A stretch of DNA of 19,731 bases, taken from IMG/VR virus record IMGVR_UViG_2802429241_000007, positions 1-19,731 of that record; one strand, written 5' to 3'. This document shows, one piece after another, positions 1-8,027 of the stretch. The notes below the pieces were generated by a model. It was given only the letters and a program-made list of their open reading frames with translations. It did not search any database and was not told the origin of the DNA. Position 1 is the stretch's first letter. Each line of letters opens with the position of its first letter. Position numbers and translations under genes: made by a program. This DNA is from a virus. Its lineage: Duplodnaviria; Heunggongvirae; Uroviricota; Caudoviricetes.

Positions 1-1266
1 ATGAAGCTCAGCGCCAGACAGGTCGAGACCGCAAAACCAAAAGATAAAACCTACAAAATGGCCGATGGCGGCGGTTTGTACCTTGAGGTTTCGGCCAAAG
101 GATCAAAATATTGGCGTATGAAATACAGACGCCCCTCTGACAAAAAAGAGGATCGCCTCGCTTTTGGTGTTTGGCCTACTGTGACGCTTGCTCAGGCAAG
201 AGCAAAGCGCGATGAAGCCAAAAAGCTATTAGTGCAGGGCATTGATCCAAAAGCCGAACAGAAAGAGGCTCAGGCCGAGAACTCGGGGGCATATACTTTC
301 GAAACCATTGCTCGTGAATGGCATGCCAGCAACAAGCGCTGGAGTGAAGACCATCGATCTCGCGTTCTTCGATATCTTGAGCTTTATATCTTCCCTCATA
401 TTGGTTCGTCCGATATTCGTCTACTCAAAACCAGCCACCTGTTAGCCCCAATTAAAAAAGTTGACGCTAGTGGAAAACACGACGTCGCTCAGCGCCTGCA
501 ACAGCGTGTAACGGCCATTATGCGTTATGCTGTACAGAACGATTACATTGACTCGAATCCGGCCAGTGATATGGCTGGTGCGCTATCTACAACCAAAGTG
601 CGACATTACCCTGCGTTACCTTCCTGCCGGTTACCTGAGTTTCTTGCACGTCTCGCTGCATATCGTGGTCGTGTAATGACACGGATCGCAGTCGAGCTTT
701 CCTTACTGACTTTTGTGCGTTCCAGTGAGTTACGTTTCGCGCGTTGGAATGAGTTCGACTTCGATAAAGCCCTTTGGCGCGTACCTGCAAAGCGGGAGGA
801 AATTAAGGGGGTGCGTTACTCGTATCGTGGTATGAAGATGAAAGAGGAGCATATTGTTCCGCTTAGTCGTCAGGCGATGAATTTGTTAGGCCAGTTGAAG
901 CAGATTAGTGGTGATAAGAAACTGCTTTTCCCGGGCGATCATGACGCAACTAAGGTTATGAGTGAAAACACAGTAAACAACGCATTACGGGCGATGGGAT
1001 ATGACACTAAAACCGAAGTTTGTGGGCATGGATTTAGAACGATGGCGCGTGGTGCACTGGGGGAGTCGGGGCTATGGAGCGATGATGCGATAGAGCGTCA
1101 GTTAAGCCATACAGAACGAAATAATGTACGCGCGGCTTATATCCATACTTCTGAGCATTTGGACGAACGTCGATTGATGGTACAGTGGTGGGCTGATTAT
1201 TTGGACGAGAATAAACTAAGAATGATAACACCATTTGATTACGGGAAAATATCTAATATAAAGTGA
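1..1266 (+). CDS. int: P4-family tyrosine integrase
   Basis: 421-aa ORF with ATG at 1. N-terminus MKLSARQVETAKPKDKTYKMADGGGLYLEV is typical of P4-type integrases. C-terminal region has HGFRTMARGAL (His-x-x-Arg box) and a Tyr in RAAYIHT. Sits at the element edge. Confidence 0.9.
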   Translation: MKLSARQVETAKPKDKTYKMADGGGLYLEVSAKGSKYWRMKYRRPSDKKEDRLAFGVWPTVTLAQARAKRDEAKKLLVQGIDPKAEQKEAQAENSGAYTFETIAREWHASNKRWSEDHRSRVLRYLELYIFPHIGSSDIRLLKTSHLLAPIKKVDASGKHDVAQRLQQRVTAIMRYAVQNDYIDSNPASDMAGALSTTKVRHYPALPSCRLPEFLARLAAYRGRVMTRIAVELSLLTFVRSSELRFARWNEFDFDKALWRVPAKREEIKGVRYSYRGMKMKEEHIVPLSRQAMNLLGQLKQISGDKKLLFPGDHDATKVMSENTVNNALRAMGYDTKTEVCGHGFRTMARGALGESGLWSDDAIERQLSHTERNNVRAAYIHTSEHLDERRLMVQWWADYLDENKLRMITPFDYGKISNIK

Positions 1267-1291
1267 GTTTATAAAAATCAACTTTTGAAGC

Positions 1292-1308
1292 GGGGGGATT
1301 CCCCCCCC
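1292..1308. terminator. GC hairpin between convergent int and cargo genes (possible bidirectional terminator)
   Basis: GGGGGG-ATT-CCCCCCCC dyad at 1292..1308, flanked by A/T-rich sequence on both sides, between the int stop (1266) and the minus-strand cargo gene stop (1323). Confidence 0.5.
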
Positions 1309-1322
1309 AACTTTTATAAAAA

Positions 1323-2216
1323 TTAAACATCTTCTCGACGTTTAGAGTTTGCGCGATATAGCGTTCTGGTTATATGGGATGTGAAATAGTCCTCATCTAA
1401 AAAATGCAATAATCTTTTTACATCTTTTCTTATTTGCGGCATTTTTATTTTTTCTAATTCACCGATTTTTTCAGTTTCTAGAACAACACCAATTTCAGCC
1501 GCTGATATTCTTAACTCAGTCACAGAGTAGTCCTCAAGTATTCTTGATTTATTAATCAAGGAAACTTTCTTTCTAATAACAGAGTCAGCAATTGTTGTTA
1601 AATCAAAACCCGGAGCTACTGAAAATTTTTCATGAGAAGAAAAACTTGTTAATTCTTCATTAGTGGCTTCTCTGAAATAAGCATCTACATCAAATATCCT
1701 GCGGAGCATATGGAAGCTTTTAAACTTTAATTCTGTACCTGCAAGAATAGCTGTTAGCTTATTGTCGATGACTATACCATGCTCAGTAGACTGGCAAAAG
1801 GTATTGCTTGCCTGAAATGGTTTTTGGAAAATTGTTCTTCTGTTATCAATAACTTGCCTTTTATCGAAGCTTTGGATTAAGGCAGTTGCAGGTTTTCCAT
1901 CCTCTTCAGGATAGCCTGAAAACAGAGCGATTATATTGAAGACTGATATTTCTTCCGGCTCCCATGGAGGGATAGTTGTGGGATTATTAATAGCATCTAA
2001 TACAGCGATAACATCATCAAAGTCAGGAATGACAAAAAACTCATCTCCACTAGTGATGTAGCCACCTGAAAATTCTACGCCTTCTGTATAGCGTTCTTCA
2101 AAAAAAGTTTTTTGTTCATTGAATAGCTGTGTGATTACATTTTGAGTCGGCCTGTCAGTAACAATTTTTACAATGCGTGTGCCAACTGTATTATCTGTTA
2201 TTGCAAACAATTCCAT
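1323..2216 (-). CDS. Hypothetical 297-aa soluble protein, second gene of cargo operon (candidate defence effector; KwaB-like by architecture only)
   Basis: ATG at 2216..2214 with AGGA Shine-Dalgarno 6 nt upstream. Start lies 8 nt after the stop of the upstream membrane-protein gene. AT-rich relative to the satellite backbone. No catalytic motif recognised by eye. Confidence 0.6.
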   Translation of the reverse strand: MELFAITDNTVGTRIVKIVTDRPTQNVITQLFNEQKTFFEERYTEGVEFSGGYITSGDEFFVIPDFDDVIAVLDAINNPTTIPPWEPEEISVFNIIALFSGYPEEDGKPATALIQSFDKRQVIDNRRTIFQKPFQASNTFCQSTEHGIVIDNKLTAILAGTELKFKSFHMLRRIFDVDAYFREATNEELTSFSSHEKFSVAPGFDLTTIADSVIRKKVSLINKSRILEDYSVTELRISAAEIGVVLETEKIGELEKIKMPQIRKDVKRLLHFLDEDYFTSHITRTLYRANSKRREDV

Positions 2217-2224
2217 ATTTATTC

Positions 2225-2740
2225 CTATATTGCTATATATGTGTAATCAGTAAGCTTAATCAAATTAACACGATTGCCTGATGCTTTTAATAGTGGCTTT
2301 TTCGATAATATAACAAAGCTTACGCCTGTATCGTCTTCGGCTTCATAATATTTATATCCCCAAAATGATAATAATGGGTTGAAACTGTAGGAACCTGAAA
2401 AACTGATGTAAAAAAATAAACTCACAGCAAAGAAAGAAGCAATCCTAATATCCATAAATGCATCTGGACCACTGATTAAGGGAAATAAATAGGTTAAGAA
2501 ATAATTTGTTATCTCCTTATCTGCTGGAGAAGCGGTGGTTAATTTTTTACTGGTTACAGAATTATATTTAATTGCGTATTTAACAATCAAAACACACAGT
2601 AAAAGTATAATTGCACACAATGATAAGTAAGCAATCATAAATTTATAGTGTTTTGATATACATGAAAGAAAAGCTAAGGTAAAAAATACCGGAGCAACTG
2701 AGCTGGCAGTAAGAAGATATTTGGCAAGCTTATTTAACAT
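2225..2740 (-). CDS. Hypothetical small integral membrane protein, about 4 predicted TM helices (KwaA-like by architecture only)
   Basis: ATG at 2740..2738 preceded by a strong AAGGAGG Shine-Dalgarno. Hydrophobic stretches YLLTASSVAPVFFTLAFLSCI, MIAYLSLCAIILLLCVLIV, NYFLTYLFPLI and IRIASFFAVSLFFYISF, then a roughly 60-aa soluble C-terminal tail. AT-rich. Confidence 0.65.
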   Translation of the reverse strand: MLNKLAKYLLTASSVAPVFFTLAFLSCISKHYKFMIAYLSLCAIILLLCVLIVKYAIKYNSVTSKKLTTASPADKEITNYFLTYLFPLISGPDAFMDIRIASFFAVSLFFYISFSGSYSFNPLLSFWGYKYYEAEDDTGVSFVILSKKPLLKASGNRVNLIKLTDYTYIAI

Positions 2741-2937
2741 ATTATCCTCCTTATCTGCCCTGGTATCTGTATATAAAAACAGTATAACATCAATTTAAGC
2801 ATCAAAGAAGATAATAAAAATCAATTAAATCATAATGATGCCTGCGTTTTTAAAGTGTGGGCTTTTGGAGGCGGGTAATGTACGCGCGTATTCCCTGGAG
2901 ATTCCATTTAAAAGGCTACGTATGTAGCCTCATGTAT

Positions 2938-3249
2938 TTAAGAGTACTGGCCCCAATCTCTGGCAATAAACCAGTTTGGCGTCCAGCTAACAAACTCTTG
3001 CGGATGAAAGTTTTGAGGGATTACAACTAGAGATACAATCGCTTCAGGTTGCAAACTGAGAACATGACTTTTTTTATCGCTTTCGTAATCCCAAAAATGG
3101 AATCTGTCACTTTTATCATGAGCTCTACGACTAGGACCGAAGTCCATAGGCGCAGTTAATCTTGTGATTGTCGCGTTATCTTCTTTTGAATAAAAAGTTA
3201 GCTGAATTTTTAAACAACTATGAATGGCATCAATGAATTTATCGCGCAT
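2938..3249 (-). CDS. Hypothetical 103-aa protein, orphan gene at the cos-proximal side of the cargo
   Basis: ATG at 3249..3247 with AAGGAG Shine-Dalgarno 6 nt upstream. Followed on the minus strand by a short GGCTAC-N4-GTAGCC hairpin and a 197-bp AT-rich gap before the next gene. No recognisable motif. Confidence 0.5.
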   Translation of the reverse strand: MRDKFIDAIHSCLKIQLTFYSKEDNATITRLTAPMDFGPSRRAHDKSDRFHFWDYESDKKSHVLSLQPEAIVSLVVIPQNFHPQEFVSWTPNWFIARDWGQYS

Positions 3250-3375
3250 ACGTTCTCCTTTGTAGTTACTAAATTAATATCCTCTATTGATAGATTATTG
3301 TGTGTGATCATTGCGGCATTTAATAAAACGTAATGAGTTCATTGTATTTTATTTATGTTATCAGCCTTGCGCGCA

Positions 3376-3394
3376 GTGCTTTCCCCGCCTCGCC
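3376..3394 (-). other. cos-like cohesive-end site (P2/P4 type)
   Basis: gtgctttccccgcctcgcc is the reverse complement of GGCGAGGCGGGGAAAGCAC, which I recall as the 19-nt P2/P4 cohesive end. It is followed by the GC-rich dyad ccgcccgctttgcggggcgg. Position between psu and the cargo genes matches the P4 map. Confidence 0.6.
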
Positions 3395-3495
3395 CGCCCG
3401 CTTTGCGGGGCGGTTTTAATGCAGTTGCACTGACACGCTCAGACCGCGCCGGGAATGGTGCGGTCTGCAGAAAATGAGGCAGGAAAACGCATGCA

Positions 3496-3528
3496 AAGCC
3501 ATGCACCTTATCGATGCATGGCTTTTTT
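3496..3528 (+). terminator. Rho-independent terminator-like hairpin between cos and psu
   Basis: Perfect 10-bp stem AAGCCATGCA / TGCATGGCTT with a 9-nt loop, followed by a T-run on the plus strand. It may also act on read-through in the other direction. Confidence 0.45.
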
Positions 3529-3558
3529 CAGTAAAAACGGGAGGATTTTCGGGGAATT

Positions 3559-4131
3559 TTACACAGACTGACGTGATGCCAGTTGCGCACTTTTACGCGA
3601 AAAAATCATGTTCTGCGCAGGGGTGAATTTTTCACGGCTGTCATCCACCGAAGCCGCGTCAGGCCTGAATCCGATGGTCGTTAAAATGTCGCTATCCTGT
3701 GCGGAATAATTAATTTTTTCACCCTTCGCAAGCCAGGACAGGAGGGCTTCACGCAGGGCATCTGTGGCACGCTGTATGGCACAGTTTCGGGCAATGGCCG
3801 TCAGCTCACTGTAGCCCATCAGCTCCGGTGCCAGTGCCGCCGCCAGTGCTGTGCCGTGCTGCTGCATAAAATCATTCAGCCGGTCGCGGATGCTGATGTG
3901 CTGAACGGCTTCATGCGAACGAATATAACGACCGGCGGCCTGATTCACCTGCCATTTTCTGACTTCGATAATATTGCGTAATTCGTCCAGGCGGCTGACG
4001 TTTCTGCCTTCTCCTGACAGAAGCCGCAGATATTCCTGTTCGGCCGCTGCCAGCTCATTTTTGCGTTGCAGCCATGCTGCTTTGTTATTCTGACAGGTGT
4101 CAAAGGCCTGCTGTAAGGCTGTGCTTTCCAT
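3559..4131 (-). CDS. psu: Psu-like polarity suppression / capsid decoration protein
   Basis: 190-aa ORF starting MESTALQQAF, last gene of the sid-delta-psu block next to cos. Length and position match P4 Psu as I recall it. Confidence 0.8.
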   Translation of the reverse strand: MESTALQQAFDTCQNNKAAWLQRKNELAAAEQEYLRLLSGEGRNVSRLDELRNIIEVRKWQVNQAAGRYIRSHEAVQHISIRDRLNDFMQQHGTALAAALAPELMGYSELTAIARNCAIQRATDALREALLSWLAKGEKINYSAQDSDILTTIGFRPDAASVDDSREKFTPAQNMIFSRKSAQLASRQSV

Positions 4132-4204
4132 CGTTATCTCTTTCTCATCATGCTGAAGAATAAAAATACGGTGTGCGGCGACGGCCGGGGTTAACCGGCA
4201 GCCC

Positions 4205-4705
4205 TCATTCCAGACGCAGCGAATATGATTGTGTTTTTAACCGTACTGGCGGCAGTTCCTGTTTTTCATGCAGGCGTTCTGCCAGTTCGTCCGGCGTGAC
4301 CGGGCGGACAATGAAGCGGGTGATGGTCTGAAGCGTTTTAAACACCAGACCACAGCCCGGATCCGTGCACACATAAAAACGCTCGGTGACTTCCTGAGAC
4401 AGACGCCGCGATGTTCTTGACAGCGCAAGGCCTTTACATCTCCGACAACAATATCCGGTAACAAGCATTCTTTTCGGGCGTTTCATACTGCCGGAGGCCG
4501 ACGTCAGTGAATCGCGGTATCTCTGTTTGCCTGAAATGTATTCCATTCCTGAATCTTTACTGTCAGAGAAAAAGCTTTCACTCGCTTCAAATGTCGCAGA
4601 GCAATAAATATTCCGGCACTGTGCAATCATTATCTTGGTGCCATCGTCCATGAAATGTGCGCGACGGGTGTGAGCAACATGTCCACACGACGGGCAGTAA
4701 ATCAT
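4205..4705 (-). CDS. delta: Delta-like late transcription activator (tandem Ogr-type zinc-finger domains)
   Basis: 166-aa ORF with two Cys-rich modules (CPSCG...C...C near the N-terminus, CCRRCKG and CTDPGCG further on). Start ATG overlaps the sid stop (ATGA). Confidence 0.8.
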   Translation of the reverse strand: MIYCPSCGHVAHTRRAHFMDDGTKIMIAQCRNIYCSATFEASESFFSDSKDSGMEYISGKQRYRDSLTSASGSMKRPKRMLVTGYCCRRCKGLALSRTSRRLSQEVTERFYVCTDPGCGLVFKTLQTITRFIVRPVTPDELAERLHEKQELPPVRLKTQSYSLRLE

Positions 4706-5436
4706 GACAGCAGTCCTCTGGCCTTAAGCTCTGCTCCCTGCTGGTCTATTTTGTCCTGCCACACCTTGCGCTGTGCCGGTGTGCCTGCCACCTCATAATC
4801 CATGTGCGGGAGTGTTGCCGCTGACAGTCCGGCCAGCCGGAGAACCGGCTCGCCGGTGAGGCTGATTTGCATCTGTTTAATTTTCTGTTCCAGCGATGAT
4901 TTCACCTGCTGCATGACAGCCTTATCGGGTGCGACGTAGCCCTGATGGCCGGTGGTGTTGGCGAGCGGATTTTCCTGTACCAGGATACTCAGATGCATTG
5001 CCCGGACAAGCGCCTCACAGGTTTCATTCAGGGCGTGTTCCAGCTCATGCTCTGCATACAGACTCAGAAGGTGATGATGTGCCTTCCGGTAGGCGGTGGC
5101 CGTGCTGTCACACGCCCCTTTCAGGCGTTCACGTTCGAAATTCAGCACCACGGCCAGATTGTCATATTCCTGTACCAGCTCCCGGCGTGCCACGCGCTCA
5201 ATGTGGCGCTGTTTCAGCTCGTCGCTCAGGACACCACCGGCTGCACGAAAGGCCGTGCGCCAGTCGTCAGCGTCGTTTCCGTCGGCCTGCGCCAGCGCAT
5301 TTTTTTCCTGCTCTGCCCGTTCAATGGCCGTGACGGTCTCATCCATCAGGCGGGCGTTCTCAAGATGGGCGGCTCTGGCCTTTTCCAGTTGTGCCAGCGC
5401 GGGTTGCAGATATTCAGGGATGGTGTTGTCAGACAT
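4702..5436 (-). CDS. sid: Sid-like capsid size-determination (external scaffold) protein
   Basis: The track ORF starts at GTG 5454. I place the start at ATG 5436..5434 (MSDNTIPEY...), which has a GAGGAG Shine-Dalgarno and gives 244 aa, the size I recall for P4 Sid. Ala/Glu/Leu-rich helical composition. Confidence 0.8.
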   Translation of the reverse strand: MSDNTIPEYLQPALAQLEKARAAHLENARLMDETVTAIERAEQEKNALAQADGNDADDWRTAFRAAGGVLSDELKQRHIERVARRELVQEYDNLAVVLNFERERLKGACDSTATAYRKAHHHLLSLYAEHELEHALNETCEALVRAMHLSILVQENPLANTTGHQGYVAPDKAVMQQVKSSLEQKIKQMQISLTGEPVLRLAGLSAATLPHMDYEVAGTPAQRKVWQDKIDQQGAELKARGLLS

Positions 5437-5470
5437 TTTCCGGCTCCTCGTCACTTCAGGTTAAGAAAAT

Positions 5471-5526
5471 TGTGACGTACACCGGACAACAACACGACGC
5501 ATTGCAGATGTGCCAGCCCTGACACA
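5471..5526 (-). promoter_or_regulatory. Candidate Psid late promoter with two TGT-N12-ACA activator dyads
   Basis: TGT-N12-ACA at 5471..5488 and 5509..5526, centred about 38 bp apart. This fits the -18 and -55 arrangement I recall for Delta/Ogr-dependent P4 late promoters if transcription starts near 5462, just upstream of sid. Confidence 0.45.
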
Positions 5527-5605
5527 GGAGACTCATCCTCAGACCGGCAAGCCAGGAAAAGGTCGCAGGAAAAACCTGCTTACTGTTTGTTTTTTTATGT
5601 TTTAC

Positions 5606-5709
5606 TGTTCACCTCTGTTCACCATAAGAAAAAAGATAAGTAATACAGTAAGTTAAAGGGTGAACAATCGCAGTAATGACTGTTCACCGTCTGTTCACCA
5701 CTGTTCACC
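5606..5709. repeat. Iteron cluster (TGTTCACC octamers), ori-like alpha-binding region
   Basis: TGTTCACC at 5606, 5616, 5681, 5692 and 5702, plus an inverted copy GGTGAACA at 5659. The same octamer recurs in the crr-like repeats after alpha. I recall this as the P4 type I iteron. Confidence 0.6.
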
Positions 5710-5867
5710 CGTTGATGAGCTTTTTGTGCTGTTTATTACTGTTTATTTTTATTAATTCACTGAAATAAATAAGAAAAAACAATTTGTATTTCACTATAAT
5801 TTTTTCCAGCTCCTTCCAGAGCGTTTTAAAGCTATCTGGCGCTGATGTGCAAAAAACACACAGCCAT

Positions 5868-5885
5868 TGTAAGGCTGCCGGAACA
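5868..5885 (+). promoter_or_regulatory. Candidate late-left promoter activator site upstream of vis
   Basis: TGT-N12-ACA dyad (tgtaaggctgccggaaca) about 100 bp upstream of the vis-like ATG. No clean second dyad at -18. Confidence 0.3.
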
Positions 5886-5987
5886 AATCCCCCCTGTTGC
5901 GTCTGCCAAAAATATTCACAAAATAAAGCGCTACCCGAAGCCGGACGGACTTATCCGGTGCTGTATGGACATTAACGAGGTAGCCCG

Positions 5988-6254
5988 ATGCAAGCTGTTT
6001 TTTCTTCCCCGTCTCCCGCCCCTGTGACGCCACTGATGCCGCTGCCGGACATCACGCAGGAGCGTTTTTTACGTCTGCCGGAAGTGATGCACCTGTGCGG
6101 CCTGTCACGCTCGACCATCTACGAACTCATCCGTAAGGGGGAATTTCCGCCGCAGGTGAGTCTTGGCGGTAAAAATGTGGCCTGGCTGCACTCTGAAATC
6201 ACCGCATGGATGGCCGGGCGCATTGCCGGACGCAAACGGGGGTACGACGCATGA
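5988..6254 (+). CDS. vis: Vis/AlpA-family small DNA-binding regulator (excisionase-like HTH)
   Basis: 88-aa ORF with the HTH core [30 protein letters not shown] typical of AlpA/Vis regulators. ATG preceded by GAGG. The 88-aa length matches P4 orf88 (vis) as I recall it. Confidence 0.7.
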   Translation: MQAVFSSPSPAPVTPLMPLPDITQERFLRLPEVMHLCGLSRSTIYELIRKGEFPPQVSLGGKNVAWLHSEITAWMAGRIAGRKRGYDA

Positions 6255-6289
6255 TGATGCCCGCTCTGCAAAAAGTCCCTTTTTCTGGC

Positions 6290-6319
6290 TTGCCTTTTTC
6301 CGGCATTTGCGGATATAGT
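6290..6319 (+). promoter_or_regulatory. Candidate sigma70 early promoter (PLE-like)
   Basis: TTGCCT (6290..6295), 18-bp spacer, TATAGT (6314..6319), oriented toward the early operon and upstream of the repeated leader elements. Confidence 0.3.
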
Positions 6320-6346
6320 TTTTCCGCTGTCGCAAAATCGGCAGCC

Positions 6347-6625
6347 GGGCGTAGGAACCCGTGTAACTCGAAGGCGACATATGACGCGCCATGCGTCTTT
6401 TTTTGTGTCGCAATCAACGCCACAGAGCGCCAGATTATGGTTTGCCGTGCAGGTATGATCCTGTTCGCAATCGCATGTTATGCCACTGAGTCAATGGTAG
6501 CTCAGGCGGGGCAGCCTCCGGGCTGGCCGGTATTCTTCGAGGCCGGTATTCCTACCCCCGTCTGGGCTATCGCCATCGAGCGTAGGAACTCCGGCGATAG
6601 CAGTTATTTGCTACTCGAAGGAGAC
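6347..6625 (+). ncRNA. Candidate RNA-immunity leader (seqA / seqB / seqC-like elements, CI-RNA-like region)
   Basis: GTAGGAAC...CTCGAAGG occurs twice (6349..6374 and 6580..6623). Between them, CTTCGAGGCCGGTATTCCTAC (about 6538..6556) is complementary to both arms. The second copy overlaps the Shine-Dalgarno of the first early ORF. Confidence 0.35.
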
Positions 6626-6631
6626 TGCCTT

Positions 6632-6829
6632 ATGGCTACAACCCTTACCCCCTCACACCCTGAATTTGTCTTTGTGTTTGCGGCTGTCCGTCGCGCAGAC
6701 CGTCATCCCCGTATCTGCATGCTTCGCACCGTCGCCGGTGATGAACGCAGTGCCCGCCGTTCCCTTGTCCGTGACTATGTGCTCTCCCTTGCTGCCCGTC
6801 TGCCGGTGGTGGAGGTGTCCCGTGCGTAA
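6632..6829 (+). CDS. Small hypothetical protein (65 aa), first ORF of the early operon (kil-like position)
   Basis: ATG at 6632 with AAGGAG Shine-Dalgarno 8 nt upstream. The long track ORF 6206..6829 is otherwise implausible because it runs through the RNA-leader region. Confidence 0.35.
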   Translation: MATTLTPSHPEFVFVFAAVRRADRHPRICMLRTVAGDERSARRSLVRDYVLSLAARLPVVEVSRA

Positions 6830-7109
6830 TAAAAAAGCCCCTCAGACCGTCTCAGCGCGTCATGACGCCCGTGAACACCTCAGCATTGAGGCTTACCATA
6901 AGCTCAACCGCGCCAGCGCCGTATCCCAGTTTGTTGGGGGTGATTTGATTCACCGTGAACTCTCCGGCCTGCATCAGCTCTACATTCCGCATATTTTCAG
7001 CTACCTGAATGAAGATATTGATTTTGTGCTGAATGAGCTGAAAACCAAAGGCCTGTGCCGCGATTTTCTCGCCCAGCAGAAAGACCGGGGAGACAGGACG
7101 CATGTTTGA
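6822..7109 (+). CDS. Hypothetical 95-aa protein (epsilon-like by position and size)
   Basis: GTG start at 6822 with GGAGG 6 nt upstream. The start overlaps the preceding stop and the stop overlaps the next start (translational coupling). Confidence 0.45.
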   Translation: MRNKKAPQTVSARHDAREHLSIEAYHKLNRASAVSQFVGGDLIHRELSGLHQLYIPHIFSYLNEDIDFVLNELKTKGLCRDFLAQQKDRGDRTHV

Positions 7110-7557
7110 TTTTCCCCAGCCCGGTGAGATTTACCGTTCTGCCGGTTTTCCCGATGTGGCCGTGGTCGGCATTCTGGAAGACGGTATTCCGTGGGAAATG
7201 CCGTACCGCTGCCCGGACATTGTCTGGAACCCGTACCGCCGTAAATTCAGTATCCTTGTGCGTATCCTCGCTGACGGGCGCACCACAGACATCCCGCTGG
7301 GGCGTTTTCTGCGGGAATTTACCTGTGACCGTCCTGACCTGTTCAAACGCAGCCCCGTAAACCGGCATGCGGTACTGAAAGAAATGGCCGGAGACCCGGA
7401 ATTACAGAAATGGCGGGAGAAATATCTGGATATTTACCCGCAGGACCCTGTTCCGGTCAGCCGGGCGGCACCGGTGGCGCGGGAATGGCGGGAAATTCCC
7501 CGCACGGAGCCTGACCCGGAAATCACCCCGGATAACAGTTACCGCAATTATCTGTAA
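7102..7557 (+). CDS. Hypothetical 151-aa protein (same size and position as P4 orf151)
   Basis: ATG at 7102 overlapping the upstream stop, GGAG upstream. No motif recognised. Confidence 0.6.
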   Translation: MFDFPQPGEIYRSAGFPDVAVVGILEDGIPWEMPYRCPDIVWNPYRRKFSILVRILADGRTTDIPLGRFLREFTCDRPDLFKRSPVNRHAVLKEMAGDPELQKWREKYLDIYPQDPVPVSRAAPVAREWREIPRTEPDPEITPDNSYRNYL

Positions 7558-7692
7558 TTAAAAAACGACACCCGAAAAATTAAATGTGCGTATTCGCGCA
7601 GGGATACGCACGTCTTCAGGAGACGCAGATATGCCTTATCAGTTAATGCAACCGGCACGGAATGCAGTCATCTGTCACAGGGAGGAAAGCAA

Positions 7693-8013
7693 ATGAAAAC
7701 ACCCTTACCGCCCGTCTTACGCGCAGCCCTTTACCGTCGCGCTGTCGCCTGTGCCTGGCTGACCGTGTGCGAACGTCAGCACCGCTACCCGCATCTCACC
7801 CTTGAATCACTGGAGGCGGCCATCGCCGCTGAGCTGGAAGGCTTTTATCTGCGCCAGCACGGTGAGGAAAAAGGGCGTCAGATAGCCTGTGCCCTGCTGG
7901 AAGATTTAATGGAATCCGGCCCCCTGAAGGCCGCGCCGTCGCTGTCCTTTCTCGGGCTGGTTGTGATGGATGAACTCTGTGCCCGTCACATAAAAGCGCC
8001 GGTACTGCACTGA
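7693..8013 (+). CDS. Hypothetical 106-aa protein (same size and position as P4 orf106)
   Basis: ATG at 7693 with GGGAGG Shine-Dalgarno. Immediately upstream of alpha. Confidence 0.6.
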
Positions 8014-8027
8014 AGGAGAACAACACC

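Noticed and set aside
1323-3249. Identification of the cargo genes as P4 gop, beta and cII
   Set aside because: As I recall P4, gop and beta are co-directional and cII is convergent. Here all three genes are co-directional and there is no convergent ORF next to int. I cannot align to the P4 proteins by eye, so this is left open and should be checked by alignment.
4929-5475. Plus-strand ORFs (134, 176 and 122 aa) antisense to sid
   Set aside because: They are fully embedded antisense to a well-supported gene and have Arg/Ala/Pro-rich low-complexity translations, as expected from the reverse frame of a GC-rich gene.
5606-5709. Short repeated TGTTCACC units that could be mistaken for a CRISPR array
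   Set aside because: The units are 8 bp, irregularly spaced and in both orientations, with no spacers or nearby cas genes. They fit replication iterons.
6206-6829. 207-aa track ORF spanning the immunity leader
   Set aside because: Most of it lies over the repeated and complementary RNA elements and begins at a non-ATG codon. Only the last 65 codons (ATG 6632, good RBS) look like a real gene.
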